Source: Octopus vulgaris (taxonomy: Eukaryota). Taken from it: 64,000 bases of DNA. Positions 42,967 to 58,343 of the stretch are shown piece by piece. Numbering within the stretch: position 1 is the stretch's first letter; each line of letters opens with the position of its first letter. The DNA is taken from positions 16,182,001 through 16,246,000 of the forward strand of contig OX597830.1 of assembly GCA_951406725.2 (NCBI GenBank), given 5' to 3'. Below the pieces are notes generated by a model. That model saw only the letters and a list, made by a program, of their open reading frames with translations. It was not told the origin of the DNA and ran no database searches. The translations under genes were made by a program, and so were the position numbers.

Positions 42967-45605
42967 AAAAATGAAAAAGGAATGAACTGAAGGTGAAGAA
43001 AAATAGGTGGGTAAAGAGGGAAGCAGAAGAAGTCTTTGGAGCAAATATTAACAAGAAACCCCATAAAACTGTAATTTATCTTAATGATGTATCTATTATT
43101 ATAGGATGTAATCTAAGAAATGAAATAGTCATAAGATCATTGAGATAACACTAATTATTAATTACTTCTGTTAAGTCAGTTAGTTAGATGAGCAATATGT
43201 TTATTAATTAAAGAAATATATTTACTGAGAGAAACAGAGAGTTTATATTTGAATACAGTATATATCTAAAGAGATGTAACAGACAATAGGTTGGGTGGTA
43301 GATATGTGACAAATTTCTTTTAGTTCCCTTCTACTAAATCCATTTACGTGGCTTTGGCCAGTCTGGAGCTGTAGTAGTAGAACACTCACCCAAGGTGCTG
43401 TGGAGTGGGACTGAACTTGAGATCACATGGTTGGAAAGCAAGTTGCTTTAACCACCAGTTATGCCTGCATCTATATCATATTCTTGATTTAGTAAAAAAA
43501 AAAGTCATTAAAAGTCAGTTTACACATTGAAACCAATATTTCTAAGGTGACAAGCTGACAGAATCATTGGCATGTCAGGCAAAATGCTTAGCAGGATCTG
43601 AACTCAAAATGCTGAGTTCATTCTGTACATTCAGTTCATTCTGAGTACATTCAGTTCAATGTACATTCTGAGTTCAAATTCCACCAAGCTTGACTTTGCC
43701 TTTTATCCTTTTGGGGTAGATAAATTAAGTACTAGTTGAAAACTGGGATCAATGCAATCAACTTACACCCTCCCCAAAACTTGCTGGCCTTGTGCCAAAA
43801 TTTGAAATCAATACTTATTAATGGCAGCTGTGGAAATTCCACACTGCATAAACATTCTTGATTCTATTTTGTAGCTTAAATATAAATGACTTCATAACAT
43901 TGTTTCATTATGTTTGCAAGTAAATTTGGTAAGCAGAAACTGTGTGGAAACCTGTCATTTATCTGTGTGTGTGTGTGTCTTTGTCCCCCACCATTTGATA
44001 AGCAGTGTTGGTTTGTTTACATCCCCATAACTTAACCAAAAAAACTGATAGAATAAGTACCATACTTAAAAGAAAATAGGTAATGGGGTTGGTTTGCTTG
44101 GCTAAAGCCTCCAAAATAGTGCTCCAGCATGGCCATTGTCCAATGACTGAAACAATTGAAAGATAAGAGATGGAAGACATAAAATAAAAAACAAAATAAT
44201 TGAATATGACTTAACAAGATCAGTCGCCATTCACTGGACCTTCACATATAAAAATGTTCAATGTTCCTTGAGGGGATCCCTATATTGACCCTAGTGTGGC
44301 CAAATGGTTAAGAAGGTTATTTTGGAATCACAAGGTTGTGGGTTCAATTCCATTGCGTGCCAGGTGCCATGAGCAAGTGTCTTCTACCATAAACTCTGGT
44401 CAACCCAAGCCTCATAAGTGAAACAGTGTTCAGGGAAACTATATGGAAGCTTGTAACATGGTTCGTACTTGTAATTTAAGAGACCAGTCTAGTCATGTAA
44501 TCTTATTTATTTATTGCCCACAAGGGGCTAAACATAGAGGAGACAAACAAGGACAGACAAACGGATTAAGTCGATTACATCGACCCCAGTGCGCAACTGG
44601 TACTTAATTTATCAACCCCAAAAGGATGAAAGGCAAAGTCGACTTCGGCGGAATTTAAACTCAGAACGCAACGGCAGATGAAATACCTATTTCTTTATTA
44701 CCCACAAGGGGCTAAACACAGAGAGGACAAACAAGGACAGACAAAGGGATTAAGTCCATTACATCGACCCCAGTGCACAACTGGTACTTAATTTATCAAC
44801 CCCGAAAGGATGAAAGGCAAAATCGACCTCAGTGGAATTTGAACTCAGAACGCAACAGCAGACGAAATACCGCTAAGCATTTCACCCGGCGTGCTAACGT
44901 TTCTGCCAGCTCACCATCTAGTCACATTTTCTGTCAGATTAATTCAATTTGAAAATTAGTTTAAGGGTATAATTAACAATGTAGTACACAGATAATTTAC
45001 ATTCCTACTCAATGAGCAGATAATTAATTAAACAATTGAATACTAATTGTTGAAGAAACACATCAGAGATCCATTTGCTTTTTATATGATTAGTACTTGA
45101 TGGTACTTTATTTTATTGAACCGAAACGAATGAAAGGCAAAAAATCAACTGCAGCAAGGCTCTGAACCCAGAATGTCAAGATGAAACTAACAGCCACATG
45201 GAATTAAAATTACTCGCTCTACCATTTTCTGCTGCTCCTTGCCGTGCTGTTATTGATAAAATGATGAAAGTTCCCTTCTGGGTACCCTTTTGTTAATCAA
45301 TATCCAATATAGAAAATGTAGTGTCGTATTATTAACTTGTTCAGATTTTCAAAGAGGGATCGAACAATGTTTTTTATAGGACATTGAGACTCACTTGCTG
45401 ACTTAAACAAATGAATATATGTAAATATGCATGTTTGTGTATGTATATATGTATGTGAATAGGTATGTGTGTGTGTGCGTACATCTCTCTCTGTCTCTGT
45501 ATATATATATATATATATGTCCAACCCATGCCAGCATGGAAAATGGACGTTAAATGATGATGATGATGATGATACATACATACATACAAATACATATATA
45601 CATAC

Positions 45606-45641
<36 letters not shown>

Positions 45642-45812
45642 GTAGTCTACTCTTCTGGCTGGTTGATGTTAGGAAGGCCATCCAGCCATAAAAACCTTGC
45701 CAAATCAGACACAGAAGTCTAGTGTGGGCTCTTGCCTGGCCAACTTCTGTCATACCATCCAACCCATGCCAGCATGGAAGGCAGACATTAAACGATGATG
45801 ATGATGATGATG

Positions 45813-45845
<33 letters not shown>

Positions 45846-45953
45846 TGTATGTATGATAGATAGATAGAGAGAAAGAGAGAGAGAAAGGGAAAGAGAAAGA
45901 GAGGAAGGGAAAGAGAGAGAGAGAGAGCTAGCCAGCTCACTAGCTAGCTATCT

Positions 45954-46006
<53 letters not shown>

Positions 46007-46051
46007 TAGATAGATAGATATAGATAGATAGATATATAGCTTGATAGATAA

Positions 46052-46136
<85 letters not shown>

Positions 46137-46586
46137 TAGATAGATAGATATTAAAAGAATAAATTCATCCTGTTGGTATTAAGCCCAGGATTTTAGTACA
46201 ACTGTAACCACGCAGCCACTTTTGTTTTCAGTTATCGTTAACAATTGTTTTTCAATAAACCTCCATTCTTGTTTAATGTCGTTGCAATTGTTTGAGCAAT
46301 TTTCTTGCTGTGTCTTTTGTATGAATACACAAACGTGATCTAAAATTTGGTAATTTCCTCCTCCTACTTTTGTAATAAATCACAACAGAAGAATCCATTG
46401 AGTCCTTTTGTTCTCTGTCACACACAGCTTCAATGTATGAATTATGGCAATAATTGCTGCAGGATTCTGCTTCATTAATCAGTCTTTTACATTTATTAAT
46501 TCTTCTGTCTTTCACAAATACTTCCATATCCTGCTGTGGACGGACAGTGGGGATGCACACATGAATATATATATACATATATATAC

Positions 46587-46650
<64 letters not shown>

Positions 46651-46659
46651 GTGTGTGTG

Positions 46660-46734
<75 letters not shown>

Positions 46735-47279
46735 GTGTGTGTGTGTAATGTGTGTATGTATGTATATATGCTCGTTATATTGCAATAATAGAAACAGCTA
46801 TAATTAATCTGATATCTAGACAATATATGCAACGTTAACCTGAGAATCTACAGATCTGAGATTTTGTCTCCATTAATTCCTTGTAATTCACCAAATATTA
46901 AAACACTTTTCCTTAGCCAGGAAAATACATCAATACCTTTTACATACAAAAGACACAAACTTCACAGGCTGTCAGTTTATCTATCTATCTCTCTCTCTTT
47001 CTCTCTCTCTCTCTCCCTCTCTCTTTCTGTATAAATATATGTATACTCATGCATATATTTTCATATTAACTATACATATATGCACATCTGTGCTGGTGGC
47101 ACGTAAAAAGCACCCACTACACTCACGGAGAGTGGTTGGCGTTAGGAAGGGCATCCAGCTGTAGAAACACTGCCAGATTAGACTGGAGCCTGGTGCAGCC
47201 TCCTGGCTTCCCAGACCCCAGTCAAACCGTCCAACCCATGCTAGCATGGAAAACGGACGTTAAACGATGATGATGATGA

Positions 47280-47321
<42 letters not shown>

Positions 47322-48325
47322 GTATGGTATGTATATGCATGCATACTTACATGTGTGTGTCTGTGTGTTCGTGTAGTGTAAATACAATAAACCTTAAAAA
47401 GGACAGCAGTGGAAGAACAAAGTTTTACAAATACCTTATTAACTTAATGATTTTATAAAAAGAGAAAGTGTCTTAATATTTTTGGCATTGGCTCTTCATC
47501 AGAAATTAGAAAGACAACAGTATAGAGGAAGTGACAAAGAGAAATAGTCCTCAGAAAAAATAAACGTTATGAAGGTGGGAATTTTGTTGAGTGACAGAGG
47601 AAGTAGAGAGTGGAGGACAGGCAGATGTGTTGATGCAAGTAGCAGATGGTATGTATGACTCTAAGTGGGCATAAGTAGGGAGTAGAATGTGTGTCATTGT
47701 GACTACGTATGTGTATAGAACTGTGCAAGTGTGGAAGTATAACAGTGTTAGTGGGAGTGTGAGGGTTTGATGTATATGTATAATTGTTACATGGGTGGTG
47801 TGGATGTATGTATGTGAGGAGGGAGGTGAGAGTGTATACAAGTGTGAGGGAGTAAAAGTATTCATGATGTATATAGTATGGCATGAGCAAGGGGGAAGAT
47901 GTTGCTGATGTGTGCGCAAGTGCATAACAAAAGTATGTAGGGGTGTATAGCACATAAAAAAACAATTTCCAAGCATTGGGCCACATGGAGCCACAGAGAA
48001 ATGACCCGAGACCTTTGGCAATATACTGTGCTTGAGAAGAGACATTAGACGAAGTGAAATCATAGTCATGGTAGATATTGGTGTCACACAATTGCCACCT
48101 GTGCCAATGGCATGTAAAAGCACTCATTACACTCACGGAGTGGTTGGCATTAGGAAGGGCATCCAGCTGTAGAAACTCTGCCAGATCAGACTGGAGTCTG
48201 GTGCAGCCCCTCAGTTTATCAGTCCTGATCAACCCATCCAATCCATGCCAGCATGGACAACTTACATTAGATGATGATGCTGATGATGATTATGGTGCTG
48301 CTGCTGCTGATGATGATGATAATGA

Positions 48326-48356
<31 letters not shown>

Positions 48357-49236
48357 TGTGGTGGTGGTGGTGGTGGTGGTGGTTGTGGTAGTGGTGGTGG
48401 TGGTGATGATGATGATGAGGGACAATTAGAAAATGGGAGAATATATGCAAATTCCATGAAGAGAAGAGAAGTCTAAAGAAATTGGTAGAAGTTGCTAAAA
48501 ATTACCATTTCATATCATCAACTTCTTGATTCCAAGTATTCTTTTCTGCTGGTGTCATGATTCTGATTTGAGGAGATCCCAATTGCCAGGAAGTGTCCCA
48601 TGCAGTGTGGTTTCAAAGACACATTTCACATGTGACTTGCAGGGTCAGACAGCAAAACTGCAATGGACAGCCATTGACCCAGGCATAGCTTGAGCTGTGC
48701 TTTCTCAGCCAGTCCATCAGGCATTGCTCTCCTTCACTCTTCCACTGGTTCAGCTGTTGAGAACATTTGTTTTGTTGTAGAGGACTTTTGCCATTTTTTC
48801 AAGGAATGCCCTTTAGATCTGCTCAGATTAGAGGAAACAGACCCTCTTTGTGAAAGTTTTAGCAGGGTCAGTCTTGCTACTAAATCAGAGATTCAGGTCT
48901 TTCTCTGAACGTGACTAGTCACCTAGCAGTATAAGAACCAGTATCTGAGGAGAGGCTACGTGTTCTGCATCACTCAGGGAAGGGATACTACCTCTGCACT
49001 GTTTTTAAACCTGATAAAAATGACACAACAATGGTAAAAGGTCTGCACAGTTTGCCTGGGTGTCCAGAAGATGATATGAAACTGGTAACATCAAGGAAGG
49101 AGAAGATATGCATGAGATGAAGAGGTGAAAAGCTGTACACTCATATTATCAAAAGAAAATGGTGAAGAGAAGAGTAGAGAGTTAGGGGAAGGAAACTGAA
49201 GATGAAGTAACGTGTGTGAATGTGTATGTGTATGAG

Positions 49237-49565
49237 TCATCATCATTGTTTGACCATGGTCGAGACAATGGAATTTACTATGTTGCACCAGACTTCACGG
49301 TCCATCAAGGCATTACGGAGGTCCTGTTGCTGGATGCCTGTATCCCTGGAGATTACATCAGGGTAGGAGAGTGTGTGCCCTCTGGTATCGCAAGCAGATG
49401 GCTTCCAGAGGAGAAGAGTAGAAATTACTTCGTTTTCAGCTCTACAACAATGTCCAGCAAACTGGGCTCTTCTAGCTTTCACGTGAGATGATACAGGTGG
49501 TAGTTTCCCATATATTTGTAGTTTGGCTGGATGATGCTTCCACGAGAGATTTTGAGCTCTCATAA
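49237..49565 (-). mobile_element. 3' end of an RTE/RTE-X LINE
   Basis: ISW-like LSWKHHP..QIYGKLPPVS...RRAQFAGHCCR...LLLWKP...MDREVW, followed by a (TGA)n tail. Confidence 0.82.
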
Positions 49566-50357
49566 GGAGGCAAGTGGGGATGTCTGCAAGCTAAAGAGTG
49601 AGTGGCTGTCAAGCAGAGGTGATAGGTGGAAGGGAAACGAAATGTGTGATTCAAAGCTGCCAAACAAAACAGGAGTGCCAAAGTGTAAAAGAATGCATGC
49701 ATGTATGCGAGCGAGTGTATCTGTGTATGTAAGTGTTTATCTGTGAAAAGTAGGTGTGTGTCGTTATGTTGTCTATGTGTCAGAGTACCAATGTGTGTGA
49801 GTGTATGAGTGTGTATATGTGCATATAAGCGAAAAATGGAGGATTTACGTATGAGAGTGTAAGTGGCTGTGCAGGTATGTGGGTGTGTGCGTGTGGGTGG
49901 GGGTTGTGTATGTCCACATGGTGATGTGTTCATGCGTCACAGAGGAACAAGATGGTTGGTAAACAGAGTTGAGTGTGTGAATATATGAAGAATAGGTGTG
50001 AGCTTGTGTGTGGTGGGGTGTGTGTGTGTGTGTGTGTGTGTATGCTTGTGGGTTTGTGTGTGTCCACATGGTGGTGTGTGTATGCGTCTCAAAGAAACAA
50101 GATGGTTGGTAAATAGAATTATGAGTGTGTGAATATATGAAGAATAGGTGTGAGCTTTTGTGTGTGTGTGTGTGTGTGTGCGTGTGTGCGTGCATTCGTG
50201 CGCATGTGTGTGTGCATTCGTGCACATGTGTGTGTGCATTTGTGTGCATGTGTGTGTGCATTTGTGCGCATGTGCGTGTGTGAGTGTATGTGTGTTGAGA
50301 AGAAAAGCCTGTAGGTTAATAAAGATGTGTGTATATGCATATGTATGCTTGTATATG

Positions 50358-50396
<39 letters not shown>

Positions 50397-50400
50397 TTGG

Positions 50401-50470
<70 letters not shown>

Positions 50471-50472
50471 GC

Positions 50473-50511
<39 letters not shown>

Positions 50512-50664
50512 TGGAGATAGATAGATAGATAGATAGATAGATAGGCAGATAGATAGATATATAGATAGATAGCATAGGTAGATAGATACATACATGCATG
50601 CACATTTACACACATATGCATGCATGCATGCAAGCAAAAAAGATGCAAGTCATAGAAGGAATAA

Positions 50665-51420
50665 ATCATATAAAAATCTTGGCACAGACTATTGACAAGT
50701 TTATGACACCCCTACTTTGAAGGCTACCTCCATGCAAAACAAGAACAAGAGATCCCTGCCAAGAACCTACAGCACAAAAGGCAGAAAACATTGACAAATG
50801 ACAAATGTAAGCCGAACAAAGCTAAAACTGAAAGTATCAATCATATTATTGCCAACTTTAAGAGAATGTCTCTTAGATTCTATATCCTCATGAGGTATGA
50901 TGCAGTGGCTGGAACAATCTGGAATGGAATAAGAATAAAGAAATAGCAGCACACAAAGTTGGCTGTATTGAAATTTGAGAGTTAAAAGAATACTGGTGGA
51001 ACTTGAAGATTAAAACAATCACCAAGTTAAGACACAGACAACCTGGTACTGCATGGGGCCATTAGAAAAAATTATGTTCTGTTGTGGAAATCAGCTAATC
51101 CCCGCACACTAATATGGTCAGAAAAATACAGAAGTAAAAAAGGACATTTATAAACCGTTGATAAGGAATTTGAAAATCCGGTATCCAAAGTGATTTACAG
51201 TTTCATACCTATTATTACTGGGGCAAAAGTATATATACCAACCCATCTGGAGCAAAGTATGGCTGAACTTGGGTTTTTAGGGAGGGAGAAGAACTCCTTA
51301 ATTCATACTCTACAAATGATTATAATATCTGGGACAATGAAAGTCTGCAAGACCTTCTTAAGGTTTAAGGGATGATGAACAAAACAATAGGTGTTTCTTC
51401 ACAATCTTGCTATACAGCAA
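50665..51420 (+). mobile_element. Decayed RLE-type non-LTR retrotransposon 3' part
   Basis: FEGYLHAKQEQEI, TESINHIIA, HDAVA-like, WWNLKIKT, VVEIS and FIPIITGA motifs across frames. Confidence 0.72.
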
Positions 51421-51563
51421 GTGGCCAGTCAAAATTCATGACGGAAGGAGGTCTTTACCCTTTCTAAAGAATACTTTACTTCGAGCTGTGCAGATAATAC
51501 CAGACTGACTTGGTGCCTCAACTTAATTTCCTAATTCAACTGAATCTTAATTATTTATATATA

Positions 51564-51597
<34 letters not shown>

Positions 51598-51660
51598 CGC
51601 ACACACACACACATATATATACATAATATATGTATATATACATATGTGTGTATGTGTGTG

Positions 51661-51766
<106 letters not shown>

Positions 51767-51790
51767 CATATATTGTGTGTGTGTGTATAT

Positions 51791-51942
51791 ACTTAGTCGT
51801 ATGGAGGTAATTATCTCTGCTTGCCATGTGGGAGACCAGGAATTGATTCCTGCCTGAGAGGCATTTCTTCTTTCACTGGTGGTGCCTCAGCATGGCCACA
51901 GCCTTAGGGCTGAAACATATAAAAGAATAAAAGAATAAAAGA
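51791..51942 (+). mobile_element. Short SINE with tRNA-like head (GCC at anticodon position) and the CORE-SINE tail
   Basis: CTCTGCTTGCCATGTGGGAG anticodon-like arm, ATTGATTCC B box and tail CAGCATGGCCACAG...GCTGAAACATATAAAAGAATAAAAGAAT. Confidence 0.55.
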
Positions 51943-52072
51943 ACATACACTCATACACATACACATATCTATCTATACCTATGTGTGCATATATATATAT
52001 ATACAATTAATAATATTTTTATTACCAGTGGCCTAGTGTAAAAAAGTTAGTCAATAGACTATATATTATTCA

Positions 52073-52508
52073 TATAAAATACAGTGTACATCAAAACACA
52101 TTAAGAGGCTTCCATCATAGGAATCCTTTATGCTAGAAAGAACAGTTAAAGTCCAAACCCCTAATTAGGGATAAATTCTCAAAGGGAATGATAAATAGAA
52201 ACATTTACCATCTAATTCCTGGACCATGGTTTCTGACTTATTTTAGTCGTTATCAACAGGGACGCCATAGATAGATTAATCTATGGCATCCCTGTTCATA
52301 ATGACTTTGCCTGGTGGATAATAATTTTTATTTACTAAAATGAGTCAGAAACCATGGTCCAGGAATTAGATGGTAAATGCTTTTATCTTTCATTCCCTTC
52401 GAGAATTTATCCCTAATTAGTGGTTTGGACTTTAACTGTTCTTTCTAGCGTAAAGGATTCCTATGATGGAAACCTCTTAATGTGTTTTAATGTACACTGT
52501 ATTTTATA
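52073..52508. repeat. Large fold-back element (~200-bp arms) with a hammerhead in each arm
   Basis: Minus 52217-52261 reads CCCTG-TTGATAA-CGACT-AAAATA-AGTCA-GAAA-CCATGG-TC-CAGGA. The plus copy at 52290-52364 has a longer stem II loop. Confidence 0.88.
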
Positions 52509-53067
52509 TATATATAACTATATATATATATATATATAGCATGTATGTATGTATGTATGTATGTATATATTCATGAATACACAGAGGTGGAGGGATGGGG
52601 TGAAGAGAGAGAACAGCAAGCACCACAAGTACATGAATATATGATGTGTTGAATTATGTGATACATGTTTTAAATGCATCTATAACTTTAGTATAGAATT
52701 TTCTATAGAATGTATGTATAAAGTGTAATTGTATGGAAACATCCTCTGTTTGGAAATGCTGGCATTTTATACAATGACCTAAATTATTCTTCTTAATCCT
52801 CGAGAACAAGAATACTAGGCCAGATCATTTGGAGAGATTTCTAAAAATGGATAGATATTGCAAGCAGAATATTTCTAACAATAGTTAGAATTTTTTTCTC
52901 CATTGCCACTTAAGATGTTGCTATGGCATTAGGTAAAGCCTTTTCTAACCACCCAACTTAGTGTTTGCAGATAGACTTATTCAGTGAAAATCCACCACAT
53001 TATGTATAAGTATGTGTAAGTGTGTGTGTGTGTGTGTGTGTGTGAGCATGTGTGTATCTATCTATCA

Positions 53068-53119
<52 letters not shown>

Positions 53120-53122
53120 CTA

Positions 53123-53170
<48 letters not shown>

Positions 53171-53431
53171 TATATAAATATATTTGTATATGTATATACA
53201 TACATATATATATATATACATGCATACGTACATACATTATATATAAATATATATATGTATGTACATAACATATAGAAATAAATACATATATACATATATA
53301 CATGCGTGTGTGGATGTGGGTGTGTGTATGCGTGATGTATATGTGTGTATGTATATATATATGTATATATATATATACACATATATGTACATACATATAT
53401 ATACATACATATATACATATACATATATATA

Positions 53432-53477
<46 letters not shown>

Positions 53478-54028
53478 TATATATATATAATATGTTGTAT
53501 ATATGATAATGATATAAGAATAGAAAGCTTTTTGTACAACAATATTGGTTCTCCAGTTTTGGTAAAGAATACAACTAAGTGAGAAGTCCATTTCTGTTTG
53601 TGTTTAAGGAAAAACAGTAATAAAAAAAAAATTGAAAATAGATCAATACATAGAAGAAGCCTTTCAACAGAAAATTTTTAGTCATATTATTTACTTTTTT
53701 TTAATCATTCTTTTATTTTACATATATTTTGTTATTGGTGTTAATCTAAGTATTGGGTGTAAAAATACATAGCTGCCAACACAAGAAGAATTTTGAAGTC
53801 TTATCCCTTTCCATGCTGGAATACAGACAATCCATTCTGTGACAGTCAAGACTAGACATCATTCCATGGTTGACTGGTTTTGTGTTGGGAAATATATTCA
53901 GCTGTAATAATTCAATAATTCTTGCCAAAATTAAATCTGCAGAATTTCGCATTCTCTGCTAGTTATGGAATGATGGATGCAAAAGTGCAAAAGAAAGAAG
54001 AATGGTTAGAACAGCATTTCTTTTAGAA

Positions 54029-54067
<39 letters not shown>

Positions 54068-54094
54068 AAGAGAGAGAAAGAGAGAGACAGAGAC

Positions 54095-54125
<31 letters not shown>

Positions 54126-54195
54126 AAAAGAGAGAGAGAGAATGGTTGGCATATTTCCCAGAATTAGAAATGAGTAAATAGAGAAACCTTTAAAT

Positions 54196-54445
54196 CATTG
54201 GTTCTCAGCTGGGGTTTATATGGCCTTTAGGGGTCAATGTAAGATCTTCTTGTTAATATCTGCAATAAATTGGTTATAATTCTGCAATACACAAAATATT
54301 TATAGAATTTTTTAATATATTTTCTGATAATATTTAAGTATAAAAATATCATAGAATTTTTAAGCATCAAATGGTTATGTGGATCCAGTAAAGTAAATAG
54401 AAACTAAAAGGGCCGAAGGGTAAAAAAAATGGTTGAGAACCACTA
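54196..54445. mobile_element. hAT-type MITE
   Basis: TIRs CATTGGTTCTCAGC / GTTGAGAACCACTA and 8-bp TSD-like flanks CTTTAAAT / CTTAAAAT. Confidence 0.7.
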
Positions 54446-54675
54446 CTTAAAATGGTTCTTTGACTTTTTAGAAATAACAAACCAAACCTCCTTCGATGAG
54501 ACACTGAATGTTGTAGTCTTAGATATACAATGGCTGGGAGGCTTTTGATCATATGGCTTCATAATTAGGATTGATATGTAGCAAACAACAACAACCAGGC
54601 GAAGAGGAACTCTATGCAGTCACTTAACTTGCTAGAAACAGCAGCCAAATTTCTCTCAAGCAACACTTCACCATC

Positions 54676-54905
54676 TTAACCCTTTAGCATTCAGATTACT
54701 CTGTTAAATGTAATACTTATTTATTCATTTTGTTTTGAATTAATCATGCCTTATGTTGGTAGCTTTGAGATTTCGATGGTGTGTTTGTTTAGATTTAGAA
54801 TGACATTGTAGGGTAGGTGTAAGAGGCGGAATCTTACCAGTTTGAACATAAAACAGCCGGAATATTTGAGCTGGATATGGCCGGTTTAAACATTAAAGGG
54901 TTTAA
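54676..54905. mobile_element. TTAA-flanked MITE
   Basis: TTAACCCTTTA ... TAAAGGGTTTAA termini. Confidence 0.55.
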
Positions 54906-55482
54906 CAAAGATAAAGAAGGAACATGTTTGGGAATGTATTAATACATATCTTCAAAAAAGGGAGGATGATCATGGATGGAATGCCTTTGAAACAGCTGAG
55001 AGACTAGGTCAGTGGTTCCCATATTACAGTCCAGAGAACCCCTGGTGATTCACAAAGATTCAACAGAAAAGTGTGAAGGAATGGTATCTGTGAGCTGTAT
55101 TCCAAATTTTAAAAGACTGCTTATGTAAAATGCATAAATAATTACAGATAATTATTCTGTTACATAATTAATAATTACATATAATTACATATATTTATTC
55201 AGTTCCTTATGTCTTTCATTTCAGAGATGAAAGTGGGAAAACGAGATTGTTGTTAGTTAATGAAATTAGTTTAATGTGCAAAAATGTCCTTTCAAAAGAC
55301 TATGGACTAATGAGAAACTCATTGAAATATGAGGGGTCCTGGATAGTAGAAAGGTCAGTAGCAAGGGTCACTGACCTGTTGCCAGTATTGTAGTTTGTTC
55401 ATAGTCAAGGCTGACAGTACCCAAGTCTGCATAGTTTTCTACATAGACAAGTACAGGTATATCAAATACCAAGTAATTAACA

Positions 55483-55930
55483 TAGGCACAGGTGTGATTG
55501 TGTGGAAAGAAGTTTGCTTCTGAACCACATAGTCCCAGGTTCAGTCCCACTGTGTAGAACCTTGGGCAAGTGTCTTCTGCTATAGCCGCAGGTCGACCAA
55601 ATCCTTGTGAGTGGACTTGGTAAATGGAAACTGAAAGAAGCCTGTTGTATGTGGGTGTCGGTGTGAGTGTGCATGGGTGTGTTTGGGCATGTGTGTGTAT
55701 GTGTGTCTTTTTGTATGTATTTGTCTCCCACCCCCGCATGACAAGCAGTGTTGACATGTTTACATCTCCATAACTTAGCAGTTTGGCAAAAGTGACTAAT
55801 AGAATAAATACCAGGCTTTACAGAAACATAAGTTCTGGAGATAATTCTTTCGACTAAAATACTTCAAGGTGGTGTCCAGCATAGCCACTGTCAAATGACT
55901 GAACCAAAGAAAAGAACACGATAAAGATAA
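55483..55930 (+). mobile_element. CORE-type SINE copy (diverged)
   Basis: Family match. Confidence 0.8.
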
Positions 55931-57130
55931 TTCTTTGATCTATCAAAATGATCTCAGAGTTACCAAATCAAAAAGGAAGAAGAAAGGCCCCATTCCATCA
56001 GGAATGAGCACCTAGAAAGTTCCCCTCCAAGGCACAAGTCCAGGCAAGGTTGTTTTTTTTTTATGGGAGACCATGAGTCACCCATGCATACCAGCCTCCC
56101 CTCTCCATGCCACCAATGTTATCCAAGGGAAAGGCAAAGGCCGATACAGCTTGGCACCAGTGACATCACAAGTCATTTCTACAGCTGAGTGAACTGGAGC
56201 AATGTGAAATAAAGTGTCTTGCTCAAGAACACAACACACAGCCCAGTCCTGGAATCAAACTCACTCCCTCATGAGTGTGAGTCCAACACTCTAACCACTG
56301 AGCCATGTGACCAATTAAGAACAGCTCCATATTAGAAGAGAAGATAATCGCCAAACCTTACAATCTGAATTCAAATGCCATTGGAATTGATTTTTGCTTT
56401 TCATCATTTTAAGTTTGATAAAATAACAACCAGTTGGCCACTGGGGTTGATGTAATTGACTCACCCTCTCACACAAAATTGCTGGCCTTGTGCCAAAATT
56501 TGAAACCAACATTATTTAGCAAGTTCTTCCAAACATTTACCAAAGTCGTATTCTTCAAATCCTTATATGCTTTAGGTAAGTGGAGACTTAATGTTGAAGG
56601 TTTGTAGATCCTGAGATGTAATGTTCCCTGCTTCACCTCCCATATCTTCATCCACATCATCTTCATCCTCCAACACAACCATTATTTTGTTCCCCAAAAT
56701 CTTCCTTATACAGCCTCTTGCCAGCATTAATTATTCTCTAAGCCTGTGGCTGAATAACTGAAGATCTGTTAGGAGGCAAAAAAGCCATGTTGACTTACAA
56801 AACTTCTCAGCATTAGGGTAACCAAGAGTGTTGTCAAGATACAAAATTACCTTTACATTATTAGATGAAATCTTCAGAACGTATTTCCCTTACTTTGTTT
56901 CTATTTTGTGTTTTGCTTTCTTCTTCCTTTCATATTGCTCCAGGGAACAGCTCACTCACTCTTTCTCTGTCTCTCTCTTTCTATCTCTCTCTCTCTCTCT
57001 CCTTCTCTCTCTACCTAGTTATCTATCTATCTATGTATCTCTTTCTTTCTCTTACTATCTCTATAAAAGCTATCCATTACGTCAGTAATCAAGAGAATCA
57101 GGGTTCATTAAACCAAAGGCTAATTGGATA

Positions 57131-57171
<41 letters not shown>

Positions 57172-57380
57172 TAGAGATAGATAGATATATGTGTGTACAT
57201 GTGTGTGTATGTATGTATATATATGTGTGTGTGTGTATATATATATACATATATATATATATGTATATATATATGTATATATATATATATACATATACAT
57301 GTATATGCATAAATATATATACATATATATACATGTACATATACACACACATACTCACAGAAACACACACACGCACATAC

Positions 57381-57413
<33 letters not shown>

Positions 57414-57423
57414 TATAGATAGA

Positions 57424-57521
<98 letters not shown>

Positions 57522-57545
57522 ATATATATAAAAAATATAGATAGA

Positions 57546-57625
<80 letters not shown>

Positions 57626-57889
57626 CTAGAGACAGCCTGATATCATCATTCTATTGAGCAAGCAGACAAAGTGTTGCTCTGTTCCTGCAGTTCCTCCCAT
57701 TCTCAGATCTAGCTGTATGGTTAAGAAACTCAATTTGCAACCACAATTTCACTCTGTGACAGCTTGTATAATTGTCTTGCACAATAGCTCCGAGTTAATT
57801 AATGCCTTTTGACAGAATTTTGTAGGCAGAAACTGAGTGGAAACCAATCATATGTAAGTGTATGTATGTATGCGTTTGTGTGTGTGTGT

Positions 57890-58261
57890 GTATCATCATC
57901 ATCATCATCATCGTTTAACGTCCGCTTTCCATGCTAGCATGGGTTGGACAGTTCGACCACAGTCTGGGAAGCCAGGAGGCTGCACCAGGCCCAGTCTGAT
58001 CTGGCAGTGTTTCTACAGCTGGATGCCCTTCCTAACGCCAACCACTCCATGAGTGTAGTGGGTGCTTTTTACATGCCACCGGCACAGGTGCCAGGTGAAG
58101 CTGGCAATGGCCATGATCGGTTGGTGCTTTTTACGTGCCACCACCACGGAGGCCAGTCAAAGTGGCGCTGGCAATGGCCACGTTCGGATGGTTCTTTTAC
58201 ATGGCGCTGGCAATGGCCACTGGTATCACAACTACAATTTCCATTGATTTTTGATCGATTT

Positions 58262-58262
<1 letters not shown>
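57890..58262 (-). mobile_element. RTE-like 3' UTR fragment
   Basis: Reverse complement of the 42400-42705 family. Confidence 0.8.
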
Positions 58263-58295
<33 letters not shown>

Positions 58296-58343
58296 TGGGT
58301 ATTTATCGCCCGTGATGGTCTAATAAATTGTATCAAAAACTAA

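Noticed and set aside
46273-46560. Non-repetitive ORF tail on the minus strand
   Set aside because: No recognisable motif or splice support; possibly TE debris.
47470-47505. Minus-strand CTGATGAAGAGC resembling the 9571 hammerhead family
   Set aside because: Stem II and GAAA are too decayed to call, though it is probably a relic.
51791-51862. Possible tRNA-Gly gene
   Set aside because: The acceptor and D stems are broken and it runs into a SINE tail, so it is treated as a SINE head.
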